Below, piece by piece: positions 1 through 8,345 of a DNA stretch of 64,000 nt. Every line of letters begins with the position of its first letter. Positions within the stretch are counted from its first letter, which is position 1. Position numbers and translations under genes: made by a program. The DNA is from an uncultured Phycisphaeraceae bacterium (GTDB taxonomy: Bacteria > Planctomycetota > Phycisphaerae > Phycisphaerales > UBA1924), in contig CAZVMU010000007.1 in assembly GCA_964628245.1 (NCBI GenBank), positions 66,090 through 130,089 on the forward strand, read 5' to 3'. A model generated the notes under the pieces. It was not told where the DNA came from, made no database searches, and saw only the letters and a program-made list of their open reading frames with translations.

Positions 1-33
1 CATGATACCAGAACCCAAACGTTCGTCAATAGT

Positions 34-936
34 TTGGAGTGTGAACGGAGAATGATCGATACCAAAGCCATGCTGGACAACGACTTGCGTCCGCGAGATT
101 CTTTTCGCATGGGGATTCGAGAGAAACTCCAAGCCCGCATGAACGCTATGGCGGTCTCGTCGCTCGCGCACACGCCGACGTGTCCGAGATGCTGCCAGAC
201 CATCCCGTCGGAGGATGTGAACGTCGTCACGGATGTCGCGTTCTGCAGGGCGTGCAACTTGACCACGTCGCTCTCGGGTCAGGCGAGCAGCGTGCCGCTG
301 GATCCGAATGTGGACATCACGAGTCCACCCGCGGGCGCGTGGTATCGCGATGACGGACTCGAACTCCGCGTGGGCGCGTCATGCCGTTCATTGGGATCAA
401 CGCTCGGTCTGCTCTTCATCTCGGCCTTCTGGAACGGCATCGTCTCGGTCTTCGTGGTCCTTGCGATCTCAGCGACGCTACACCACATCGGCGTGGCCCA
501 GCCCAGTTGGTTCCCCACGCCGAAGATGAACGGCTCAACGATGGGCGTCGGCATGACGCTGTTTCTGTGGCTCTTTCTCACGCCGTTCATCCTGATCGGG
601 TCCGCGATGATCGGTGCGCTTCTCACGTCGATGATGGGGCACACCGAGGTCCGCGTGCGGGGCGGCGAGGGGAAGGTCTTCACCGGGATCGGATCCATCG
701 GCTTCACGAAGCGATTCGACGCCACGGGCGTGAGCGAGATTCGCAACGAGGACCGGCAGTATCGCGACAGCGACGGCGACAATCGCACAAAGAAACAGAT
801 CGTGCTCGAGATCACGAGCGCGAAGCGGATCACCTTCGGGTCGATGCTCCGTGATGATCGACGGGCCTTCGTGGCGAGCGCCCTGGGGAGGGTGCTCCTG
901 CCACGCGACCATGGAACGGTGAGAGCGACGGCGTGA
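34..936 (+). CDS. hypothetical membrane protein with N-terminal Cys4 zinc-ribbon-like motif (CPRCC...CRAC) and two predicted TM helices
   Basis: 300-aa ORF. CxxC...CxxC spacing near the N-terminus. Hydrophobic stretches LGLLFISAFWNGIVSVFVVLAI and LFLWLFLTPFILIGSAMIGALL. No recognisable catalytic motif. The competing antisense ORF 279..1772 is low-complexity. Confidence 0.4.
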   Translation: MECERRMIDTKAMLDNDLRPRDSFRMGIREKLQARMNAMAVSSLAHTPTCPRCCQTIPSEDVNVVTDVAFCRACNLTTSLSGQASSVPLDPNVDITSPPAGAWYRDDGLELRVGASCRSLGSTLGLLFISAFWNGIVSVFVVLAISATLHHIGVAQPSWFPTPKMNGSTMGVGMTLFLWLFLTPFILIGSAMIGALLTSMMGHTEVRVRGGEGKVFTGIGSIGFTKRFDATGVSEIRNEDRQYRDSDGDNRTKKQIVLEITSAKRITFGSMLRDDRRAFVASALGRVLLPRDHGTVRATA

Positions 937-1004
937 GTCGGGCGTGCGCGTGAGCCGAGAGGACTGCCCGCCGGCATCGCCCGTCTCAGCACCGGAATCC
1001 CGCG

Positions 1005-2771
1005 ATGGCGCGTACCCTTCTCGGCATCTTCGAGAAAGGCTACTTCATGCAGAAAACCGCCCCAAACCAAGGCCCGACATCGCTCCGCGAAACGACCGAC
1101 GGCCTGCTCATCGATGAGTCCAAGATTCGCCAGGGGGGCGGAGCCAAGGCCATCGAACGCCAACACGAGAAGGGGCGTTTGACGGCCCGCGAGAGGGTTG
1201 CACGGCTGGTAGATCCTGACGATGCGAAGATGCCCCACGTGGAGCGTGGGGGTACCCGAGACTTCCAGGAACTTGGGCTGTGGGCCGCGCATGGCATGTA
1301 TGGCGAGTTCGGCGGAGCGCCGGCCGCGGGCGTCGTGACCGGCATAGGTCTGGTGCACGGTCGCCGCACGATGATCATCGCGAACGACGCGACGGTGAAG
1401 GCTGGGGCGTTCTTCCCGATGACGTGCAAGAAGATCATCCGGGCACAGACGATCGCGATGATGGCGCGACTGCCATTGATTTATCTGGTGGACTCGGCAG
1501 GCGTGTTTTTGCCGCTGCAGGAAGACGTCTTCCCTGACACCGACGACTTCGGACGGATCTTCCGGAACAACGCGGTGATCAGCGCGATGGGCATCCCACA
1601 GATCGCGGCGATCATGGGGTACTGCGTCGCCGGGGGCGGGTATCTGCCGGTGCTCTGCGACACGCTGCTGATGACCGAGGGGAGCGGGCTGTACCTTGCC
1701 GGGCCCGCGCTCGTGAAGGCGGCGATCGGACAGGACATCACGGACGAGGAACTCGGCGGGGCCGAGATGCACGCGAGCATCAGCGGGACGATTGATTTCA
1801 AGGAGAAGGATGATGAGGCGTGCATCGAGCGCGTGCGCTCGCTCGTCGCGAAGTATTCCGACGACTCGATGCCGAGATGCCGAGTTGCCAAGTTGCCTGC
1901 TTCTGCATCACCCGCGCGCTCAGCCACGGGCATCACGTCGTCCTTCACCGATAAGCCTGGCGCGCAGTACGACGTGAAAGAGATCATCGCGTGCCTGGTG
2001 GATGCGAAGGCTCTCGGAGACTCTCAAGCCACCGACTTCGACGAGTACAAGGCCGAGTATGGGCAATCCATCGTCTGCGGCTATGCCACCATCGGCGGAC
2101 ACGCGTGCGGCATCGTCGCGAACCAGAAGAAACTCACGCAGAAGACCATGGCGGGCGGCAAGGCCGGACCCACCAAGAGCGTGAACATGCCCGGCGTCAT
2201 CTATGACGACTCGGCGGACAAGGCCGCCCGATTCATCATGGACTGCAACCAGCGGAAGATCCCCATCATCTTCCTCCACGACACCACCGGCTTCATGGTC
2301 GGTCGCGACAGCGAACAGGGCGGCATCATCCGTGCCGGGGCGAAGATGGTCAACGCGATGAGCAACTGCGTCGTCCCCAAGATCGTCGTCGTCATGGGCG
2401 GCTCGTACGGCGCGGGGAACTACGCGATGTGCGGGCGGGCCTTCGATCAGTTCCTGTCGTTCGCCTGGCCCAACGCGAAGTGTGCCGTCATGGGTGCGAA
2501 CCAGGCGACGGGCGTGCTCACGACGATCGAGGAGGCGAGCCGAAAACGCAAGGGCGAGACGATCGACGAGGAAGCGCACAAGGCGATCTATGGCGCGATC
2601 CACGCGGCATACACGGAGCAGGCCGACATCCGACACGCCGCCGCCCGGGGGTGGGTGGATCGGCTTATTGAGCCTGAGAAAACCCGCGAGGAGTTGATCG
2701 CGGCGCTCGATGCGGCGAATCAGGGGTGGGACTACTCGGCGGAGTTCAAGACTGGTGTTCTGCAGACGTGA
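1005..2771 (+). CDS. acyl-CoA carboxylase carboxyltransferase (beta) subunit (propionyl-CoA/methylmalonyl-CoA carboxyltransferase family)
   Basis: 588 aa. N-terminal KGRLTARERVARLVDPD, the paired carboxyltransferase N/C domains, and GGSYGAGNYAMCGRAF are typical of the PccB/AccD5/MmdA family. Confidence 0.9.
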   Translation: MARTLLGIFEKGYFMQKTAPNQGPTSLRETTDGLLIDESKIRQGGGAKAIERQHEKGRLTARERVARLVDPDDAKMPHVERGGTRDFQELGLWAAHGMYGEFGGAPAAGVVTGIGLVHGRRTMIIANDATVKAGAFFPMTCKKIIRAQTIAMMARLPLIYLVDSAGVFLPLQEDVFPDTDDFGRIFRNNAVISAMGIPQIAAIMGYCVAGGGYLPVLCDTLLMTEGSGLYLAGPALVKAAIGQDITDEELGGAEMHASISGTIDFKEKDDEACIERVRSLVAKYSDDSMPRCRVAKLPASASPARSATGITSSFTDKPGAQYDVKEIIACLVDAKALGDSQATDFDEYKAEYGQSIVCGYATIGGHACGIVANQKKLTQKTMAGGKAGPTKSVNMPGVIYDDSADKAARFIMDCNQRKIPIIFLHDTTGFMVGRDSEQGGIIRAGAKMVNAMSNCVVPKIVVVMGGSYGAGNYAMCGRAFDQFLSFAWPNAKCAVMGANQATGVLTTIEEASRKRKGETIDEEAHKAIYGAIHAAYTEQADIRHAAARGWVDRLIEPEKTREELIAALDAANQGWDYSAEFKTGVLQT

Positions 2772-2890
2772 CGATGCGACCGCCCCTGCAACGGACAGAA
2801 TCGAAATCCCAAGAACAAATGAGTACACGTGTGGATCACTCTCGAGCCGATGCTAGAGCACCCAAATCAATGTTCCTGGGTTGAACGCGT

Positions 2891-3724
2891 GTGTTGTGTT
2901 CTCGATCCTCCGGAGTTTCCACACCTGTGAGCCATCTACTTTCCGTCTCGGCGCCCGAGGCAAGTGCCATTCGCCTCCCTTGGTCCGCCCTTCTCAGCAA
3001 CAAGGCCTACGAACTGTGGTCCAAGGCCAGCGGGCGGGGCTACCAGGGGCAGGGCATGATCGGCGCCGACGCCTCCAGCGTCCGCCACGGCTTTGCCTCG
3101 CTCATCGGGCGGGACTTCCACACGTACAACTTCCCGCAGGTCTGGGTCGAGAGGCGCCAGATCCCCCGCGTGCTCCACGACCGCGTCCCCAGACACGGCG
3201 CGACGATCGTTGACCTGGGCTGCGGCCCGGGCACATCGACCGATATCCTCTGCCACTTCGCCGATCCCTCATGGACGATTCTGGGATACGACCTCACAGG
3301 GCATCTCATCACCGAGGCGAAACACCGAGCATCACGCGGCGAGTTCAAGAATCGAAAGGGACAGACCATCTCGCCGCGGTTCCATTGCCAGAGCATCGCC
3401 GAGCCACTTCGAGCAATCACAGAAGATCTCGAATCCGTCTCGCCGAACACCGCACAAGCCGTACTCGAGCCTCAGAGCGTGGACCTCGCGATCTCCGGCG
3501 GCGTGGTCGGGTTGTATCTCCAGGTCGAGGAGGCCGAGCGGTTGCTCAGCGAACTCCGGCGCGTCGTGAAGCCCGGCGGGCACATCGCCCTCGACGTCGG
3601 GCCGGCCATTCGATCCGCGACACTCAATCGTCTGGCGACTGCGAATGGCTTTGTGCTTGTCGATCGGGCGCGGAGTTGCCTCGTGGAGCCGAGGCCGAAA
3701 CTGATCTTCCGCAAGCACGCGTGA
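2891..3724 (+). CDS. class I SAM-dependent methyltransferase
   Basis: Glycine-rich SAM-binding motif I VDLGCGPGTSTD and a downstream VVKPGGHIALD motif. The true start may be an internal Met near 3056. Confidence 0.7.
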   Translation: MLCSRSSGVSTPVSHLLSVSAPEASAIRLPWSALLSNKAYELWSKASGRGYQGQGMIGADASSVRHGFASLIGRDFHTYNFPQVWVERRQIPRVLHDRVPRHGATIVDLGCGPGTSTDILCHFADPSWTILGYDLTGHLITEAKHRASRGEFKNRKGQTISPRFHCQSIAEPLRAITEDLESVSPNTAQAVLEPQSVDLAISGGVVGLYLQVEEAERLLSELRRVVKPGGHIALDVGPAIRSATLNRLATANGFVLVDRARSCLVEPRPKLIFRKHA

Positions 3725-3892
3725 GTTGCCTCCGGCCTCAACGACGACCCGGGCGGATGGAATGGCCCGACAGTATTATGCCGGGATGGGTGCCCGCGAG
3801 CGTGCCAGGCTGGATATTGAGCGGGGCGATCTGGGCAGCGCCCGCCGCCGTCTGATGTCACTCGCGCAGACAAAGCAATACCCCGAAGACGT

Positions 3893-4297
3893 GTGCGAGG
3901 AGATCGCACGGCTGTGCGTTCGAATGCACGACCCGATCGAGGCCGGGCGTGGTACTACCTCTGCGAATCAGAGGATGCCGAGGCCGCCGGGTGCGTCGAG
4001 GCGTTTGAGACGCGGTATGGGCGTGAACTTCGACGAGTACTGGGAGCGCTCCCACGACTCATGAGGCAACAGGCACTCCACGGGTGCACGCTCGGCATTG
4101 TCGACAGACGACTTCGCAGGCTAGGCGATCTCGACACGCTCCGTGCCAAGTCGCACCACAATCGAATGGGCGTGCTCTCCACGATTCGGACGTGGGCGGT
4201 TGGTGTTGGATGCCTCGCGGGGTTGCTCCTCCTCATCACTGCGGCGGTTAATGGTTTCGTGTTCTTGGTGAAGCTCGCCATTGACTGGCGACGTTGA
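3893..4297 (+). CDS. hypothetical small protein with C-terminal TM anchor (possibly a frameshifted continuation of ORF 3726..4064)
   Basis: The C-terminal hydrophobic helix VGVGCLAGLLLLITAAVNGFVFLVKLAI is unlikely in a spurious GC-rich ORF. The upstream frame 3726..4064 also looks protein-like up to about 3950. Confidence 0.3.
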   Translation: MRGDRTAVRSNARPDRGRAWYYLCESEDAEAAGCVEAFETRYGRELRRVLGALPRLMRQQALHGCTLGIVDRRLRRLGDLDTLRAKSHHNRMGVLSTIRTWAVGVGCLAGLLLLITAAVNGFVFLVKLAIDWRR

Positions 4298-4344
4298 ATG
4301 GTCCATATTTAGCGTCCTCACCTGCACGCCCCTAGGGTTGGTCC

Positions 4345-4983
4345 ATGGACGTCAATGATCGCATCCGTCAGTTCGAGACCATGGTCCGCCCCGAGGCCGA
4401 CCCGACCAATGACATGGCGTGGTTCAGCCTTGGACAGGCCTATGCCCAGGCCGGGCGTCATCGCGACGCCGCCAACGCCTTCACGCGCTGCACCGCCCTC
4501 AACCCGGCGATGAGCAAGGCCTATCAACTCGCGGGGCATGCCCTCGTCGAGGTCGGCGACACCGAGAAGGCCGCCGAGGTGCTGACCGCGGGTTACATCT
4601 CGGCCAGTGAACGCGGTGACCGCCTGCCCCAGAAGGCGATGGGCGACCTGCTCCTGGCGATCGGGGCGCCCGTGCCCGAGGTCAAGGCGAAAGGTCCAGC
4701 GACGGGCGCCAGCGGCGGCACGTTCGTGTGTGGCCGAACCGGCAAACCCGGGCACCAGATGCCCCGACCACCCTTCAAGGGACCCGTCGGCGAATGGATC
4801 AAGGACCACATCTCGCAGGAGACCTTCAACGCGTGGATCTCGCAGGGGACGAAGGTCATCAACGAACTTCGCCTGGACCTCTCACGCGAGGAGGACAGCG
4901 ACACCTACGACAAGCACATGCGCGAGTACCTCGGCATCGATGACGAGTTGTACGAGTCGCTCATGCGCGTCAAGGGTGTGTAG
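4345..4983 (+). CDS. TPR-repeat domain fused to YggX-like Fe(II)-trafficking / oxidative-damage-protection domain
   Basis: N-terminal TPR-like helices (WFSLGQAYAQAGRHRDAANAFTRCTALNP...). The C-terminal 70 aa (GEWIKDHISQETFNAWISQGTKVINELRLDLSREEDSDTYDKHMREYL) align by eye with E. coli YggX ([48 protein letters not shown]). Confidence 0.7.
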   Translation: MDVNDRIRQFETMVRPEADPTNDMAWFSLGQAYAQAGRHRDAANAFTRCTALNPAMSKAYQLAGHALVEVGDTEKAAEVLTAGYISASERGDRLPQKAMGDLLLAIGAPVPEVKAKGPATGASGGTFVCGRTGKPGHQMPRPPFKGPVGEWIKDHISQETFNAWISQGTKVINELRLDLSREEDSDTYDKHMREYLGIDDELYESLMRVKGV

Positions 4984-5043
4984 AAACGGCAGAAACAGTC
5001 GGGATGGCTGTTCCATGAATATATGACGGGCTTTGGGCGTCGC

Positions 5044-6627
5044 TCAGTCGGCCTGGGCTGTGGGGCGCGAGGAGTCTCGCAGCGACGCTGCGGATTCGCT
5101 GGCGGACATGATCCGCCCGGCGAAGACGGCGAGCACGATCACACCCACCGCGGAGATCGCCGCCGCGACACGACGGGATTGGAAGGGCGAGCGAGCGAGA
5201 GCGTCCTGCGTGGGTGTCGCCGCCTCGAGCAGGGGGGCGCTCATGAGGCGCAGGTAGTAAAACGCGGCGATGGCGGAGTTCAGGCCGAGCACGATGACGA
5301 GTGTGATCTCGCCCGCGCCGACCGCCGACGTGAAGAGCGGCAACTTGCCCCAGAAGCCGAGCAGCGGCGGGAACCCAAGCAGGCTCAGGCTCGACAGGAC
5401 CATCGTCCAGCCGAGGAGCGGGTGCGACGAGCAGAGGCCACGAAGGTCCTCGACGCGATCGATCTCGCGAGGCTCCCCCTTGCTCTCGCGATCGGGTGTT
5501 TTCTCAAGAGCGGCGACGACAGCAAAGGCGCCGACATTCATCACGCCGTACGCCGCGAGATAGAAAAGGACCGCGGCGATGCCGTTGCGAGAGAACGTGT
5601 TGTCGCCCGGCCCGGCGATGACGCCCACAAGCATGTAGCCCGAGTGGGCGACGGAGGAGTACGCGAGGATCCGCTTCACCGACGACTGCAGGATCGCCAG
5701 GACGTTGCCCACGGTCATGGTGAGGGCGGCGACGACCCAGAGCATCACGCGGACGGCGCTGGGAAGTCCATGCCCGACGCCGTCGTGCCCGCTCCAGCCG
5801 ATCGTGGCGCACAAGAGAATGATCGCGAGGAATCCGGCGGTCTTGGGGACGAACGCGAGGAAGGCCGAGACGGGGGCGGCGGCACCCTCGTACACGTCGG
5901 CGGCGTAGAAGTGCATCGGGACGGCGGCGATCTTGAAGGCAAAGCCGATGAGCGCGAGCATCACCCCCGCGAGCGTGATCGCGTTGAGGCCGCCGGTCGA
6001 GATCGCCTCGTGAATGGCGTTGAGTTTCGTGGAGCCGGTGCCGCCATAGATGAGGGCGAAGCCGTAGAGAAAGACCGCGGCGCCGAGCGCGCCGAGGAAG
6101 AAGTACTTGACGCCTGCTTCCTTCGCGCGATCACGCGACGAGGAGATCGTCACCATGATGTACGTCGGGAGGCTCGTGAGTTCGAGGGCGAGGAAGAGCC
6201 AGATGAGATCATCGGCTGAGGCGCAGAGCATGAGGCCCGTGATCGAGAAGAGGAAGAACGCGTAGAACTCCGCCCGATTGGTGCGGAGCGGATTGAAGGA
6301 GGCCTTGCCCGAGGCGACGAGATCCTCCTCGGCCCGATCGACCGTCCCCGCGGCGAGGGCGAGCAGCAGGAGCGCCACCAGCGCGATCATCACCTTGGAG
6401 TACATCGCGAGCGAGGGGAGCATCGTCTGGCCCATCGAGGCGGTCACGACCGCGCCCACGGGCGTTGTGGTATACGCCGAGATCGCCGAGACGACCAGGC
6501 CCAGACCGGCGATGAACGGTGTCGCCCGGCGAGAGGCCGCCGACTTCGACAGCCCCACCACCATCACCGCGCACGTCGTCACGAAGAGGATGATCTCGGG
6601 ATAGAGATAGGCGAGACGATCGATCAT
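5044..6627 (-). CDS. nuoN: NADH-quinone oxidoreductase subunit N
   Basis: 527-aa polytopic membrane protein of the NuoN/ND2 antiporter-like family. Last gene of the nuoJKLMN run. 4-nt overlap with nuoM. Confidence 0.9.
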   Translation of the reverse strand: MIDRLAYLYPEIILFVTTCAVMVVGLSKSAASRRATPFIAGLGLVVSAISAYTTTPVGAVVTASMGQTMLPSLAMYSKVMIALVALLLLALAAGTVDRAEEDLVASGKASFNPLRTNRAEFYAFFLFSITGLMLCASADDLIWLFLALELTSLPTYIMVTISSSRDRAKEAGVKYFFLGALGAAVFLYGFALIYGGTGSTKLNAIHEAISTGGLNAITLAGVMLALIGFAFKIAAVPMHFYAADVYEGAAAPVSAFLAFVPKTAGFLAIILLCATIGWSGHDGVGHGLPSAVRVMLWVVAALTMTVGNVLAILQSSVKRILAYSSVAHSGYMLVGVIAGPGDNTFSRNGIAAVLFYLAAYGVMNVGAFAVVAALEKTPDRESKGEPREIDRVEDLRGLCSSHPLLGWTMVLSSLSLLGFPPLLGFWGKLPLFTSAVGAGEITLVIVLGLNSAIAAFYYLRLMSAPLLEAATPTQDALARSPFQSRRVAAAISAVGVIVLAVFAGRIMSASESAASLRDSSRPTAQAD

Positions 6628-8324
6628 GGGTGGAGTTCCTCGGCGAGCGAGGCAAGGGGCGAGGAGTCCGTCGCCGACGGGGCGTCATTCGTGGACGACC
6701 GCGGGGCGGGTGTGTCGGAGTTCGTGCCCTCGGCGAGCGCGGTGTTGCGGGCCTGGCCCAGGGCCTTCACCGTCTGCGTGATCGGGGCCTCGAGCGGATC
6801 GGTGATGAGCGAGGGATACACACCAAGCACGACACACAGGACCGCGAGCGGAATCAAAAGTCCGATCTCGCGACGCGTGAGATCCGCGGGGAGTGCGTGC
6901 TCCTCATGATGATCCGTGGCGTGATGCGCGTGCGGCTCGAGCAGTTGGCCCCACACCACCTTGCCCAGCATCAGAAGCAGGTACATCGCCGCGACGATCA
7001 TGCCGATGCCGGCGATCGCGGCGTACCACGGACCGAGCGAGCCGAGCGTCGCGCCGGGGATGGCCGCCCCCAACGACCCCCACTCACCCGACCCCCACGC
7101 GCTCGACGCGCTGAACGCGCCCTGCAGGCAGAAGAACTCGCTCACGAAGCCGTTCAGCCCGGGAAGGCCGACGCTCGCCATCGTGAAGAAGACCATGAAC
7201 GTCGCCCACACGGGCATCTTGGCGGCCAACCCGCCGAGTTCCTTCATCGAGCGCGTGTGATAGCGCTCATACATCATCCCGATGAGGAGGAAGAGGGCGC
7301 CCGTGGAGAGCCCGTGGTTGATCATGTACAACACCGACCCTTGCAGCCCGACGTTGTTCATCGCGAAGAGACCGAGCATGCAGAAGCCCAGGTGGGCGAC
7401 CGACGAGTAGGCGACGAGTTTCTTGACGTCGGTCTGCACCCAGCAGATCAGGCCGCCGTAGAGGATGCCGACGATGCATGCCGCTGCGAGCAGGGGCGCG
7501 TGCTCCTGCACCGCAAGAGGCGTGAAGGGAAGCACAAAGCGGAAGATGCCATACGTCCCGAGTTTCAGCAGCACGCCCGCGAGAACCACAGAGCCAACGG
7601 TCGGCGCCTCGGTGTGCGCGAGGGGGAGCCACGTGTGGAATGGGAAGAGCGGCACCTTCACCGCGAAGCCCAGCAGGAGGGCGAGCATCACCCATGCCTG
7701 AATCGCGGCGGGAAGCGCGGCGCTCGTCGCCTCCAGCGTCTTGATGTCGAACGTGAGTGTGTTCCCCATGTCCACGTGGCGCCAGGCGACGTACGCCAGG
7801 CCCGCGAGTGTGATGATCGAGCCGGTGAACGTGTACAGGAAGAACTTGATCGCGGCCTTCCTGCGATTCGTCGAGCCGAAGAGGCTGATCAGGATGAACA
7901 TGGGTATCAGCGTGAACTCGAAGCAGACGTAGAAGAAGACCAGGTCGCGGGCCGCGAACACGCCCGTGACGGCTCCCTGCAGCACGAGGAACCACGCGTA
8001 GTACGTCCGCTCGCGCGTCGTGATCGCGGTGGTCGAGGCCAGCACGCAGATCGGACCCAGGAGCACCGTGAGCGCGATCAGGAAGAGCGAGACGGCATCC
8101 GCCCCCACCGAGAGCGTCACACCGAGTTGCTTCAGCCACGGCACCTGCACCGCGAACTGGAAATCGGCGCTATTGGCATAATCAAACGTGAACAACGCGT
8201 ACGCGCCGCCCAAGAGCGCCGCCAGCGTCGTGAAGAGCGCGATCGGCCTCGCCTGACGCGACGGCCCGAGAGCGATGACGATCGCGGCGACGATGGGGAG
8301 CAGGATGAGCCAGAGAAGAATCAT
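6624..8324 (-). CDS. nuoM: NADH-quinone oxidoreductase subunit M
   Basis: 566-aa NuoM/ND4-like antiporter subunit. Conserved central TM block (..AYSSVAHLGF..). Confidence 0.9.
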   Translation of the reverse strand: MILLWLILLPIVAAIVIALGPSRQARPIALFTTLAALLGGAYALFTFDYANSADFQFAVQVPWLKQLGVTLSVGADAVSLFLIALTVLLGPICVLASTTAITTRERTYYAWFLVLQGAVTGVFAARDLVFFYVCFEFTLIPMFILISLFGSTNRRKAAIKFFLYTFTGSIITLAGLAYVAWRHVDMGNTLTFDIKTLEATSAALPAAIQAWVMLALLLGFAVKVPLFPFHTWLPLAHTEAPTVGSVVLAGVLLKLGTYGIFRFVLPFTPLAVQEHAPLLAAACIVGILYGGLICWVQTDVKKLVAYSSVAHLGFCMLGLFAMNNVGLQGSVLYMINHGLSTGALFLLIGMMYERYHTRSMKELGGLAAKMPVWATFMVFFTMASVGLPGLNGFVSEFFCLQGAFSASSAWGSGEWGSLGAAIPGATLGSLGPWYAAIAGIGMIVAAMYLLLMLGKVVWGQLLEPHAHHATDHHEEHALPADLTRREIGLLIPLAVLCVVLGVYPSLITDPLEAPITQTVKALGQARNTALAEGTNSDTPAPRSSTNDAPSATDSSPLASLAEELHP

Positions 8325-8345
8325 GGAGGTGTGTGCTTCGTGTGA

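Noticed and set aside
279-1772. 497-aa minus-strand ORF overlapping the first two plus-strand genes
   Set aside because: Arg/Pro/His-rich low-complexity translation. It lies antisense to the carboxyltransferase gene, which has unmistakable conserved motifs.
6630-8345. 571-aa plus-strand ORF antisense to nuoM
   Set aside because: Extremely Arg/Glu/His/Asp-rich with no hydrophobic segments. It mirrors nuoM codons. GC artefact.
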